DNA of 45,532 bases from Myxococcota bacterium (GCA_040260805.1 JBDQPD010000014.1:1-45532), one strand, 5' to 3'. Counted from the first letter of the stretch, positions 17,617 to 27,624 are shown. Translations and numbers: made by a program. Notes: generated by a model not told the origin, from the sequence alone.

Positions 17617-18371
17617 TGCGCGCTCAACGACTCTGCCTTGGGTACGGAACTCAGTCGGTAATCGACACCCTTGATGTCGAGGTCCTGCCGGGTCAGCTGA
17701 CGGTGTTAATCGGGGTCAACGGCTGCGGTAAAACGACACTTCTCAGAGCATTTGCTGGCTTGCACGCGCCCGATTCAGGACAGGTCACAGGGCCGGCTGA
17801 GCTCCCTGCGATCAAACGACGCGATCAGCTCGCTTATCTCCCTCAACGACTACCCCAAGGTGCCCATCTAACGGTCAAAGAGTTGGTGGTTATGGGTGCA
17901 GACGCTCCCAACCGGTGGCGCGCCTCGCCGGCAGCACTCGAGCGCACCGACCAAGCGCTCAAACAGCTTGAGCTCTCGGCATTGCAAGACCGCTATTGTC
18001 ATCAACTAAGCGGCGGCGAATACCGGCGCGCAGCGCTCGCGGCTTGTCTCGCACAAGGCACCCCATGGCTGCTCCTGGATGAGCCCTGCGCTGGGCTTGA
18101 TCTTTACCAATCCGCGTTGCTGATGCGCGGTCTAAGAACATGGCTTATTGCCGACTCAGCGCGCGGGGCGTTGGTAGTGCTGCATGACCTCAATGTCTGC
18201 GCCCAATGGGCTGATCGGTGCATTCTACTTAGCCAGGGTCAAATCGCTGCCAGCGGCAGCCCTGAAGAGGTGCTGACGAGCGACGCGCTGAGCGTAGCCT
18301 ATGGTGGGAAACTGCAACGATTCCGTCATCCAGAACGCGATCATCTTGTGGTCTTAGGGCCCCAACCGTGA
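17613..18371 (+). CDS. ABC ATPase, BtuD/FecE family
   Basis: Walker A GVNGCGKTT, signature LSGGE, Walker B LLLDEP and VLHDLN. Confidence 0.92.
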   Translation: MMRAQRLCLGYGTQSVIDTLDVEVLPGQLTVLIGVNGCGKTTLLRAFAGLHAPDSGQVTGPAELPAIKRRDQLAYLPQRLPQGAHLTVKELVVMGADAPNRWRASPAALERTDQALKQLELSALQDRYCHQLSGGEYRRAALAACLAQGTPWLLLDEPCAGLDLYQSALLMRGLRTWLIADSARGALVVLHDLNVCAQWADRCILLSQGQIAASGSPEEVLTSDALSVAYGGKLQRFRHPERDHLVVLGPQP

Positions 18372-19291
18372 AGTCCGTCGCAGGAGTGATCGCCTTAGTG
18401 GTCGCGGGTGGGCTCGCTGAGTTGCTGGTCGGCCCTGCGGGCTTTGGCTGGCCCGAAGACCCCTTTATCGCTTGGCAACTTCGATTCCCAAGACTCCTGC
18501 TAGCCTTCGGAGCTGGTGGCGGCTTAGCCGCTTGCGGGTTGCTGCTTCAGGTCCTTTTGCGCAACCCCCTAGCCTCTCCCTATACCCTCGGGGTTGGCTC
18601 AGCGTCGGCGCTCGGCGCCTCGATCGTCATGATCGCGCTGCCCGCCTGGAGTGTGGGTTTGGGGGCTTGGGTTGGAGCATTGATCGCGACCGGCTTGGTG
18701 TTAGCCCTGAGACGTCGTGCTGGGCTCGACAACGAGGCGCTTGTGCTCTGCGGGATTGCGATTGCGCTGTGTGCATCAGCCGGCGTTTTACTGCTCCACT
18801 ACCTGGCCGATCGAGCCACCTCAGCGGCGATGCTGCGCTGGACGATGGGCGGCTTATCCAGCGTCGGGTTAGCGGATGGTTTGTGGGGCATCGTCCCCAC
18901 GATAGTCGGTGCATTCTGGCTGCTTTGGATAACCCCGAGACTCAACCTTCTTCAGCTAGGTGAGGACTGGTCAGAAAGTCGTGGGGTCTCAGTAGAGCCG
19001 CTCAAAATGACGATCTTGATCGTCGTGGCGCTGTGGACGGGAAGCCTGGTTGCGCAGGCCGGGCCGATCAGCTTCATCGGACTGATTGCGCCCCATATGG
19101 CGAGGCGCAGCTTTGGCTTTGATCTGCGACGCAACGCACCAGCCACTCTTGCCATCGGAGCGGGTCTTTTAGCCTGCTGCGACGCAGCCGCTCGGATCGC
19201 GCTTGCGCCTGCCGAGCTACCGGTCGGTGTCTTGACTGCATTGCTCGGCGGTCCAGCCTTTTTAGGGCTGCTGCTCGCTCGACGTCGCTAG
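18368..19291 (+). CDS. ABC permease, BtuC/FecCD family
   Basis: LRFPRLLLA, LRNPLASPYTLGV, GPISFIGLIAPH and ELPVGVLTALLGGP. Confidence 0.93.
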   Translation: MKSVAGVIALVVAGGLAELLVGPAGFGWPEDPFIAWQLRFPRLLLAFGAGGGLAACGLLLQVLLRNPLASPYTLGVGSASALGASIVMIALPAWSVGLGAWVGALIATGLVLALRRRAGLDNEALVLCGIAIALCASAGVLLLHYLADRATSAAMLRWTMGGLSSVGLADGLWGIVPTIVGAFWLLWITPRLNLLQLGEDWSESRGVSVEPLKMTILIVVALWTGSLVAQAGPISFIGLIAPHMARRSFGFDLRRNAPATLAIGAGLLACCDAAARIALAPAELPVGVLTALLGGPAFLGLLLARRR

Positions 19292-20895
19292 CGCTTCATC
19301 CGGTCAACGAGACGCTCAACTTCGGCAGCGATACGCACGTAGTCTTGGTTCTTCTTGTCTGCCTCAGCCATCTTACTGAGACGCTTGAGGTACTTAGCCG
19401 ACTGTTTCGGACCAATCTGCCAAAGCGCCCAGAACTTAGCGAAACGACTTTCGTTGGTGTCATCAACTGTACTGTCGAGGGTCTTGACCAACGCGTCCAC
19501 GCTTGCGGTGTCCTTAGCGTAGCCAATTTCGTAGGCTGCCTTCTCGCGAATCAACGGCTCGTCACTGGCGAGTAAACCGCGGTAACACGCCAAGTCTTTT
19601 TTGCATTTATTGTAGACCGTCGAGCGTTTGAGTTGCTGCTCAATCATCACTTTAATTTTCGGGTTCTTTTCGGCTTTGACCTGCTTTTCAAGCTCAGCGG
19701 TCACTGCCGCATCGCCAGCTCGTGAGGCGTTCTCAAGGGTGAAGCGGCGAATCTCGATCTCCGACTTAGCAGCAGCCTCTGCGCCATATCCCATCTTTTT
19801 TGCGTCCGCTAAGAACTGCTTACGACCCGCCTGCTTGGCTAAGGTCAAAGCTGCCTTACGATCGCCAATGCGAGCGATAGCGCGGCCCACAAACTCGCGG
19901 ACCGTCAGGTTGTTCTTATGCTTCATGATCTGCGGCACAGCCTTGCTTCGGCCGGTGCGCCCGAGCGCCTCAATGATCTTGGTCACGAGCTGCTGGTTCA
20001 CGCCTTTACCCGTGGCGACCTTGTTGAGCTTATCGATCTGCTCATCGGTCAAACCAACATCCGACATCACCTCAGCGATCTTAGCCTGAATGATATAACA
20101 CGTCCCCTTAGCGTCCTGGCACGCTTTAGAGCCCTTCATCATATCGTTAACTTTCTCGTTTTTCCCGTCAAACGCGGTGTTGAGTTTCGTCATCAAACCA
20201 TCAACGCCACCATGCTGGAACAACGCAAACGATGACTCTGCGTAAAAGCTCACACCCATGCGCTCACGGAACATATGCTCGATTAAGACATCGATGGACT
20301 TGGCGTTGCGGATGTTACCTAAAGCGATGATGCAATTCTTGACGATAAAGTTGTTGTCTGAATCAGCGATCATATCGAGCAGATCCTGAGTCCCTCGCTT
20401 GCTGCCCGTCACGCCGAGCAACTCGATGAAGGTCAGCGCCGTTTGGATGTCGCCAGAGTTGGCATAAGGAGCGACGGCCTCAGACACCCCATCGCCAAGC
20501 TTGACCCCTTGATTTTGAGCTAACTCCTTAAGCGCCGTACCGATCGATCGGTTGGCCGAGTTCGCCTCTTTTTCACCACTCGTGACCGGGACCATGCCCT
20601 CTTTTCTCAAGCCTTTAAGTAACTCTGGAATAATCGGCTCGCCCCAGCCACGCGCCATCACCATCGCCAAGGTACCGCGATGGCTCCCATCTTGAGCGAA
20701 GGCGTCGAGCAACGCCTCGCGAGCACCTTCCATTTTTGGTAACTGCAGACTGATCTTGCGCAAGCCCTCAGCAGCTTTTGATCGGACCTTGTCATCTTTC
20801 GAGGCGAGGTCCTTGATCAATTTCTGGTTCGGATCGTCGGGCGTGCTCGAACAAGCCAAGGCAAAAACGGATAGAAGCATCAAACAAGAGCGCAT
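19288..20895 (-). CDS. HEAT-repeat lipoprotein
   Basis: Lipobox ALAC. Repeats such as DKVRSKAAEGL, FIVKNCIIALGNI, IIEALGRTG and PLIREKAAYEIG. Confidence 0.8.
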   Translation of the reverse strand: MRSCLMLLSVFALACSSTPDDPNQKLIKDLASKDDKVRSKAAEGLRKISLQLPKMEGAREALLDAFAQDGSHRGTLAMVMARGWGEPIIPELLKGLRKEGMVPVTSGEKEANSANRSIGTALKELAQNQGVKLGDGVSEAVAPYANSGDIQTALTFIELLGVTGSKRGTQDLLDMIADSDNNFIVKNCIIALGNIRNAKSIDVLIEHMFRERMGVSFYAESSFALFQHGGVDGLMTKLNTAFDGKNEKVNDMMKGSKACQDAKGTCYIIQAKIAEVMSDVGLTDEQIDKLNKVATGKGVNQQLVTKIIEALGRTGRSKAVPQIMKHKNNLTVREFVGRAIARIGDRKAALTLAKQAGRKQFLADAKKMGYGAEAAAKSEIEIRRFTLENASRAGDAAVTAELEKQVKAEKNPKIKVMIEQQLKRSTVYNKCKKDLACYRGLLASDEPLIREKAAYEIGYAKDTASVDALVKTLDSTVDDTNESRFAKFWALWQIGPKQSAKYLKRLSKMAEADKKNQDYVRIAAEVERLVDRMKR

Positions 20896-20943
20896 GGAAA
20901 GTTCTCCAAAGAACAGCGAGTGCGATGAGGGGCTAATATGGAG

Positions 20944-21654
20944 CTAGGTCGGTGACAAGGGGCGACGAGGAAAGCCAGGTATTCGACCCAAAATACCGAG
21001 CGCTAGAGTTGCGCTCAATCCCCCCGGTACAACGACCCAGAAGCTATAGCTCCACGGGATCGTACCGGCCGGCTCGCTAGCGAGCGCCATGACAAACCTC
21101 AGCAGTAAAGCTGCAGTGAGAACGCGAACGATCACTCGGTGGTAACCGCCCACCGCACCGCCCAGAGCCGAGGGCACCAAAACGATCACGAACACACCGA
21201 CGATCAACACCGTGCTGCTCAAACCCACAAGCTCCACCCCAGAGACAGGGCTAGAGGGCAGCATTGCGCCGTGGTTTTGCACCTGAAACCAAGGCATAAA
21301 CAGGCTGATAAAGCACATCGCTAGGACCGAAAGCAAACGACGATCTTGCGAGCTTAGGCGCCCAAGGGCTCCTTCGAGATCGCTCAGCGCAGTGTCAAGC
21401 TCTTCGAGTCCGGTCCGAGGCAGCCGAACCTGATCAAGGCCTGTTGGATCTGCCAAACGCTGCACCATGGGGTCCGTGGTGTCGCCAGCGCGCAGGTCCG
21501 CTGGGCTTGAGGCAACGACCGGTGTCTGCTCTTCAAAGAGCCCATCATCTGGAGCCACAGCGACCGGTGTCACCTCTCCATCGATTTGTTCATTGAGCTC
21601 GGGCGCCTGACGCAGCACCTCCTGCCCCTCAGCGGGCGTCTTATCGTCGGTCAT
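20944..21654 (-). CDS. Membrane protein: acidic disordered N-terminus, short coiled coil, about four TM helices
   Basis: Four hydrophobic segments in the C-terminal half, including ISLFMPWF. TAATG overlap with the cyclase stop. Confidence 0.7.
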   Translation of the reverse strand: MTDDKTPAEGQEVLRQAPELNEQIDGEVTPVAVAPDDGLFEEQTPVVASSPADLRAGDTTDPMVQRLADPTGLDQVRLPRTGLEELDTALSDLEGALGRLSSQDRRLLSVLAMCFISLFMPWFQVQNHGAMLPSSPVSGVELVGLSSTVLIVGVFVIVLVPSALGGAVGGYHRVIVRVLTAALLLRFVMALASEPAGTIPWSYSFWVVVPGGLSATLALGILGRIPGFPRRPLSPT

Positions 21655-24632
21655 TAAGAGTCCATTGAAGACGCTAAACGAGTACAGCGCCGCTCAAGTT
21701 CGGAGTCGAACATACTGCCTATCGAGACTAAGGTTTTGAGCGTATTTTGCCGCAAATAAACTGGACCTGGAAGGCTGACGAGACGTTCGCCTCGGCGAGC
21801 TTCTTCTACACTCTGAGTAGCAAAGGCGATCAGCGCAGTCGCCAACCCTCTACTGGTCGTCGTCCAGGCGGCGGAGGTGCGATCGAGCAGGTTGCGAGCC
21901 AGCGCGTCTGCTCCTTCTTCTCCGCGCTGAGCACATCGATGCATCCGCCAAACTAAAGCCTCATAAGCTTGGCGCTTCATCCCCGCCTCATCCGCAACCT
22001 GAAGCGCTTCGTCAAAACGGGCTTGGGATTCAGCTAGCCCCCCCAACTCGTGATCGATCAGGGCACTAAGAAGCTCCAACCGAACCTCGAACCAACGGCT
22101 TTTATTGTCCTGCAATAACGCCACCGCCTGGGTCTGAGCAGCCTGAGCCTGCTCGACCTGCCGAAGGTGCAAGAAGGCCCATATCTGATCCATGAGGATC
22201 TCAAGCCCATGACCTGCATCGTCCGATGATTGCAGCTCATTGAGACGGGCGACCGCTCGAAGCGTCTGCCCGAGGCGGAGCTCGTTGCGTGCGCGCAGGA
22301 TCTCTGCTTCATGGCGCGCCCAGCTCGGGAGCGCTTCACCCTGTTCGAGTACATCGATGATCTCATTAGCCTGGCGCCAGCACCCGCGCATCTGATCGAC
22401 CTCTGACCGAGTCAGGCGCAGGTACGCAAGAGCGTCGGCATCGTGAACCTTTTCGGCAAGCGCTTCGGCTGGCACCAAGGTGCGATCCGCCTCTGCGGGG
22501 CGGCCTGCCTCCATCTCAATTTGAGCCAGAACGCAGCGGACCCGCATCTGCAAAGGAGCGGGCAGATTCGTCGCTCCCACCAGCCCACGAAGAACGGCAG
22601 CCGCTTCATCAACCTGCGCAGCGCGCATCCACAAAAGCTCGGCTCGGTCGAGCTGCAAGGCGGCTTGCCGCGTTCCTGATGCACCCTCAGCCGCTTGGGC
22701 TAAAGCATCTGCAGCGGCGCTGGTGTCGCCTTCCGTCAGAGCATCTACGGCTAACTTCTCGTACAGCGCTGAGGCGTCTTCTTCCGAACGTGCAAGCATC
22801 AAGTGACGAGCTAAAACCATCCGCAAGCCAGTGGTGATCTCAGTGCCGTTGGACTGAAGCCAATCAGCGACCTTTCCATGGATGGTGCGGCGCAAACTGA
22901 GCGGGAGCATGCGCGAAGCGACCTCAGCGACCATCGTCGCTCGAAAGCGGTAAGCGGTCGCTTCGGGAAGTTGAGGATCGACGAAATCTTCGAGCCAAGC
23001 GTTCTCAACGAGGTACTTAAGCGCCGCCGAAACCTCGGCCTCGTCGCCGATCGCAATTTCAACGGCAACGGGCTTCCAAAAGACCTGACCGACCGCAGCG
23101 CAGCGCTGCAGAAGATAACGCGGGGTTCGCGGCAGCGCATCAATTCGAGCCTGAAGCAGCTCACGTAAACTCCCGGGCACGCGCACTTCTTCAATCCGGT
23201 CTCGGTCTAAATCCCAACCCGATTCCGTTTCGCTGATCACACCCTCGAGCCGCCAGACTCGAAGTAGCTCGTTCATATGGGATGGGTTGCCGCCACTGGT
23301 CTCATGAAAACGTGCGTTCAAATCATCCGTCGCCGAGCCCAGAACCAAGGTGAGCCATTCACCAACTTCTGCTTCCGTCAACGCCAACAACTCAACCGTC
23401 TCAACCGTCGATGCGAAGCCGGCGCCGAGGCGCTCGCGCAACACCTCGTCTTTATGAGCACCCAGAACGATCAGCCCTTGCTTAACCTTGTCGCTTGCGA
23501 GCTCGAGCCAGCGGACTGAGAGACTATCAAGGCGCTGTGCCTCATCAACAATCAGCAAGCTTGGGAAATCCTTATGCTCAAACACAGGCCGCCAGGCTTT
23601 AGGGTCGAGCGGTTGTGTGCCGTCTAGCTGAAGGACCGAGAGCACCGCAGCAGCTAGGTCCTGATCACCCAACCAACTGGTGAGGATGTCCTGTTCAATA
23701 TGAGGCGCATCGACATCGGTTGCGAGTTTGCTCATCAAACGAAGCGGTAGCTCTCCAGGCAAAGGGTCGGCGTGGCGCTCAAGGACGACCATCGCCGAAT
23801 CACCGACCTGACCGCCCAACTCTTCGGCAAGTCGACCACGCCCACCCCCCGGGTCGCTGGTCAAGATAACAGGCTGACACCCGGGTTGATGATAGACCTC
23901 AAGCAAACGAGCGAGCTCGGTCTTGCGGCCGATCATGGCCTGTGATGACGCCTCGCCTGGTCGGCTCGACTGACTTTCACCCAAGACAAGGTAGGCGGCT
24001 TCGGGAGCGGCTCGACCCTTGAGGTGAAGCTCACCGACCGGGGTCAACTCGTAGCGCTGACGAACCTGCTGCGCAGTGGTCGAGCCCACGAGCACCTGAC
24101 CAGCTTGCCCAGCGCTCTCCAGACGCGCTGCAACGTTCACGGTGTCGCCGATCACCGTGTACTCACTGGCGCGTCCAAGTGAGCCTGCGATCACCTCGCC
24201 AGTGTTGATTCCGACGCGCATCTGCAGCACCAAGCCAAGCTCTTCAGCGACCTCTGCGCAGACACTGTGAATCGAGAGCCCACAGCGAACTGCGCGCTCG
24301 GCGTCATCGCCACTCGCCTTGGGGACACCAAATAAGGCCATGATCGCATCGCCAATAATTTTATCGACGCTACCTCCCTGGCTCTCAACCAAGGCGCTCA
24401 ATCGACCAAACAAGGTGTTCATGAGGTTCTGAACGATTTCTGGGTCAAGGTCTTCAGACAAGGTGGTAAAATCACGGACATCAGCGAAAAGGACCGTACA
24501 CCAGCGCCTCTCAACCTGCGGCAAGCGCTGCGTGGAGCGGCCGCACCGGTGACAATAACGAGCATTGTCGACCAATAAGACACTACATTGAACGCAATTC
24601 GCTAGGCTCAAACTTGGTTGCCTCACCCTCAT
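21654..24632 (-). CDS. Class III adenylate/guanylate cyclase with zinc ribbon, AAA/STAND-type domain and TPR-like C-terminus
   Basis: CVQC...CHRCG ribbon. Cyclase motifs TVLFADVRDFT, DKIIGDAIMALFG and YTVIGDTVNVAARLE. MIGRKTEL, SGGNP and VPGSLRELLQARID are typical of this fusion family. Confidence 0.9.
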   Translation of the reverse strand: MRVRQPSLSLANCVQCSVLLVDNARYCHRCGRSTQRLPQVERRWCTVLFADVRDFTTLSEDLDPEIVQNLMNTLFGRLSALVESQGGSVDKIIGDAIMALFGVPKASGDDAERAVRCGLSIHSVCAEVAEELGLVLQMRVGINTGEVIAGSLGRASEYTVIGDTVNVAARLESAGQAGQVLVGSTTAQQVRQRYELTPVGELHLKGRAAPEAAYLVLGESQSSRPGEASSQAMIGRKTELARLLEVYHQPGCQPVILTSDPGGGRGRLAEELGGQVGDSAMVVLERHADPLPGELPLRLMSKLATDVDAPHIEQDILTSWLGDQDLAAAVLSVLQLDGTQPLDPKAWRPVFEHKDFPSLLIVDEAQRLDSLSVRWLELASDKVKQGLIVLGAHKDEVLRERLGAGFASTVETVELLALTEAEVGEWLTLVLGSATDDLNARFHETSGGNPSHMNELLRVWRLEGVISETESGWDLDRDRIEEVRVPGSLRELLQARIDALPRTPRYLLQRCAAVGQVFWKPVAVEIAIGDEAEVSAALKYLVENAWLEDFVDPQLPEATAYRFRATMVAEVASRMLPLSLRRTIHGKVADWLQSNGTEITTGLRMVLARHLMLARSEEDASALYEKLAVDALTEGDTSAAADALAQAAEGASGTRQAALQLDRAELLWMRAAQVDEAAAVLRGLVGATNLPAPLQMRVRCVLAQIEMEAGRPAEADRTLVPAEALAEKVHDADALAYLRLTRSEVDQMRGCWRQANEIIDVLEQGEALPSWARHEAEILRARNELRLGQTLRAVARLNELQSSDDAGHGLEILMDQIWAFLHLRQVEQAQAAQTQAVALLQDNKSRWFEVRLELLSALIDHELGGLAESQARFDEALQVADEAGMKRQAYEALVWRMHRCAQRGEEGADALARNLLDRTSAAWTTTSRGLATALIAFATQSVEEARRGERLVSLPGPVYLRQNTLKTLVSIGSMFDSELERRCTRLASSMDS

Positions 24633-24769
24633 CTAAGCCTTCGGTAACCGCCCATGGCCGCCAAGGACAAGCCTACCCGAGCAGGGCGTGTTAACACCTG
24701 CTCGCGCGCAAGAGGCTTGAAAGGCTTCGGTATCGCCGATAACCACGATCTCCCAAACACGGAAATGAC

Positions 24770-26332
24770 ATGCAACAGAGCAGGTTTTCTAAAGTCACAG
24801 CGCAACTCCTCGTGATCGGCATCAGCCTCGCGTTTATCATTAACTTTGGTCCACAAGCGGGCACCGCTTGTGCGCCCCAGGCGGGACCAGCAGCGACCGC
24901 TGATGGTCTTAAGATCAGTTCAGGCGAGTTCAATCGCTTCTACCGACAGCGCCTTGAACAAGAGCGCAGCCAGCGCAAAGGGTTCGATGATAAGAAAGCG
25001 AAGGCTGAAGGCTTCGCTGAAAAAGTCGCGCAAGAGTTGGTCGACCAGCGCCTGATGGCCATGGAAGGTCAGGCTCGCGGTTTGCGCATGTCTGACGCCA
25101 TGCTGCGCAAGATGATCCGGTATTGGTTTCGTAACTCCATGCCTGAAGAGGGCTGGGATCAAGCAACCTATAAGCGAATCATCCAAGGCAACTACGGCAT
25201 CAGCATTGCGGAGTGGGAAGAAAACCTTCGCACCGAAGAGAGCGCTACTCAGGTTAAAGCGGCGCTGCTCTTAGCCTCCATGCCGACACAGGCTCAGATT
25301 CGTGACCGCTTCAATATCGACCGCACGCGCTCGCGCTTCACGGCCCTGCGCATCGACCGGAAAATCTTTGAAAAAGACGCGAAGTTACCCACCGATGCCG
25401 AAGCCACTGCTTGGGCTAAAGTCGCCACCAATACGGCGGCTATTGCCGCAGCGTACGAAGACCAGAAGGGTCGCTTTGAGCAACCCAAAAAGGTCAAAGC
25501 GAGTCACATCTTAGCGAAGTTCAAAAAGGGCGACGCGAAGGCGGAAGAAGCCGCCAAGGCTAAAATTGACTCAGCGAAAGCAAAGCTTGATGCCGGGACC
25601 GACTTCGCCGAGGTCGCTAAAGAGCTGTCTGAAGACGGCTCTGCTTCCAAGGGTGGCGATCTAGGATTCTTCGGACCCGGCCGTATGGTTAAAGCTTTTG
25701 AAGAAGCGGCGTTTAGCCTCAAGCCAGGCGAAACCAGTGGGATCGTCACCAGTCGCTTTGGCTTTCACATCATCAAAGCGTATGAGGTCAAAGAAGCGGC
25801 GACCACGAGCTTAGAAGAGGCGACGGCAGAGCTCGCCAAAGAAATGCTTCAAAAAGAGCAGGTGGGTAAACTAGCCCAGGCGCACGCCAAGCTCATTTTA
25901 ACGATCATGAAGAACGGTGTCGATCTGAAGGACCTCTTCGCTGAAGGCGAGCAGGGCGACGAAGCGCGCAAAGCTTCGAACTACGAAAACACCTACGAGC
26001 TCAAAACCGAAGACACTGGCTTTGTCACGGCTAAACAGCGTCAGATCAAAGGCATGGGCTTGGTTCCTGGGTTAGCAGCCCGCTTGGTCAAACTTGAAAA
26101 AGAAGGCCCGTGCCCGGAAGTCTACGAGACAGAAACCGGTTACGCATTAGCCTCCCTCGAAGAGCGAGAGCTGCCGGATGAAGACGGGTTCGCCGAGGAA
26201 AGCGAGCAGCTGAGGCTCTACTTGGGCTACACGTTGCGTCAGCGACTGACCGAGGCGCTCACGGCGAGCCTGCGTGAGAGCGCAGGGGCTAAGGTTAACA
26301 CAGGCAACCTGGAGGGTAACTCCTTCCAATGA
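24770..26332 (+). CDS. ppiD: PpiD-like periplasmic chaperone/parvulin peptidyl-prolyl isomerase
   Basis: N-terminal TM anchor and SurA-N-like region. Parvulin motifs VKASHIL, DFAEVAKELSED.SASKGGDLGFF...MVKAFEEAAF...SRFGFHIIK. Confidence 0.85.
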   Translation: MQQSRFSKVTAQLLVIGISLAFIINFGPQAGTACAPQAGPAATADGLKISSGEFNRFYRQRLEQERSQRKGFDDKKAKAEGFAEKVAQELVDQRLMAMEGQARGLRMSDAMLRKMIRYWFRNSMPEEGWDQATYKRIIQGNYGISIAEWEENLRTEESATQVKAALLLASMPTQAQIRDRFNIDRTRSRFTALRIDRKIFEKDAKLPTDAEATAWAKVATNTAAIAAAYEDQKGRFEQPKKVKASHILAKFKKGDAKAEEAAKAKIDSAKAKLDAGTDFAEVAKELSEDGSASKGGDLGFFGPGRMVKAFEEAAFSLKPGETSGIVTSRFGFHIIKAYEVKEAATTSLEEATAELAKEMLQKEQVGKLAQAHAKLILTIMKNGVDLKDLFAEGEQGDEARKASNYENTYELKTEDTGFVTAKQRQIKGMGLVPGLAARLVKLEKEGPCPEVYETETGYALASLEERELPDEDGFAEESEQLRLYLGYTLRQRLTEALTASLRESAGAKVNTGNLEGNSFQ

Positions 26333-27006
26333 TCGCCATCCTCCTCGTCCTGGCAAGCAGCCCCTTGGATCCGCTGTGGTCCATGGTTGACGAGGAACGA
26401 TACGAATCAGCGATCACGGGCGCGCTGCAGATCGCTGCCGAACCTAAGCGTGAGTCAGCTTTACGGCAAAAAGCGTTGGTCTTGGGTTTGACCGCAGCCT
26501 GCTCTGGTCAGGCAAACCGCTGCGATGAGCTGGCGCAAAAGGTCACCGATTGGCTGCCTTTGTGGCGCCCGGACAGCCGAGCCATGCCGGCTTTAGTCCA
26601 AGCGGTCGGCCGCGCTCGGCTGACGCGCTCAGGGCGACACAGCGCGCTTCCCAAAGGGACGTTGACTAGCGAGCGGTGGTGCGGCCCAAATTCAGCTGCC
26701 GAAGTCCTCCTCGTCCGTACCCAAAGCGGTGTGCAATCGCAGCGGCGTATCGCCGATGTGTGCATTGCGCTCGAAGACGCCAAACGCGGCTTCTTACTAG
26801 CCTATGATCGGCGATTACAGCCGGTGGCGGCTCTGGGGAATATCGATGCCCCGGTCCAATTGCAGGCGGCGCCATCGAGCCAAAACCGACCGCTGACGCT
26901 AGGGATAGCCGCTGCGGGCATCGTCGTAGCTGGCGTCATCACATACCTGTTGGTCGCTGACCCCGGCAACGGAACCCTCGAACTCACGATTGAGCAAAGA
27001 CCATGA
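26329..27006 (+). CDS. Hypothetical protein with N-terminal signal and C-terminal TM helix
   Basis: ATGA overlap with ppiD. Hydrophobic N-terminus, TPR-like helices and a C-terminal hydrophobic segment. Confidence 0.6.
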   Translation: MIAILLVLASSPLDPLWSMVDEERYESAITGALQIAAEPKRESALRQKALVLGLTAACSGQANRCDELAQKVTDWLPLWRPDSRAMPALVQAVGRARLTRSGRHSALPKGTLTSERWCGPNSAAEVLLVRTQSGVQSQRRIADVCIALEDAKRGFLLAYDRRLQPVAALGNIDAPVQLQAAPSSQNRPLTLGIAAAGIVVAGVITYLLVADPGNGTLELTIEQRP

Positions 27007-27383
27007 TTCGCGGCTTCCTAATCGGGCTGGTCTTAGCCTCTTGCGGGTCATCCCCCGGGGGCTCCCTGACGGTTAATTTCCCGGCGAACTTAGTCACCAA
27101 CGGAATTCTTCATGCGGCGGTCTATGAGTCAGGTCGTTGCGCTACTTTGAGTACGCCGGTGATCCTTTCAGACGCTCAAGTTCGCAAAGCAGACCCCTCC
27201 GACTTCGACACTCAAAATGAGCACCCGATGACGCTAAACGCTATCCCCGCAGGTGATGATCGTATGGTCGTTGCGGTGGTCGAGCTGGACGGCGTGCAAG
27301 TCTGTCGAGCCTGCGCTGACGGGGTGGTCATCGAAGATGGAGGCACCAGCACGGTGCGGTTGATCCTCGAGGGCTGTCCGTAA
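27003..27383 (+). CDS. Small lipoprotein of unknown function
   Basis: ATGA overlap with the previous gene, lipobox LASC, beta-rich sequence with four further Cys. Confidence 0.65.
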   Translation: MIRGFLIGLVLASCGSSPGGSLTVNFPANLVTNGILHAAVYESGRCATLSTPVILSDAQVRKADPSDFDTQNEHPMTLNAIPAGDDRMVVAVVELDGVQVCRACADGVVIEDGGTSTVRLILEGCP

Positions 27384-27418
27384 AAAAGACAAACCGCAGA
27401 CCCGATGGCCTGCGGTTT
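27384..27418. terminator. Hairpin terminator between the convergent lipoprotein gene and tRNA-Arg
   Basis: AAACCGCAG...CTGCGGTTT inverted repeat with an A-run on its left, read as a U-tail on the minus strand. Confidence 0.7.
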
Positions 27419-27494
27419 GGTGAGCGGGATAGGATTCGAACCTACGACCGTCGGCTTCGGAAGCCGAAGCTCTATCCAGCTGAGCTACCCACCC
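27418..27494 (-). tRNA. tRNA-Arg(CCG)
   Basis: Reverse complement GGGTGGGTAGCTCAGCTGGATAGAGC-TTCGGCTTCCGAAGCCGA-CGGTCGTAGGTTCGAATCCTATCCCGCTCACCA. Anticodon stem TCGGC/GCCGA around TTCCGAA; CCA end is encoded. Confidence 0.95.
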
Positions 27495-27624
27495 ACTGCT
27501 GATGCGCTGCCGCTTAGCGAATAGCGTCCATAGGCGCAATCATCATCACCACTTGTTCTGCCGAGACTTTTCAATGCCGCCTTACGGCTCTATCGTGCTG
27601 GCCACGTCCTATCGGAGCATCTCG

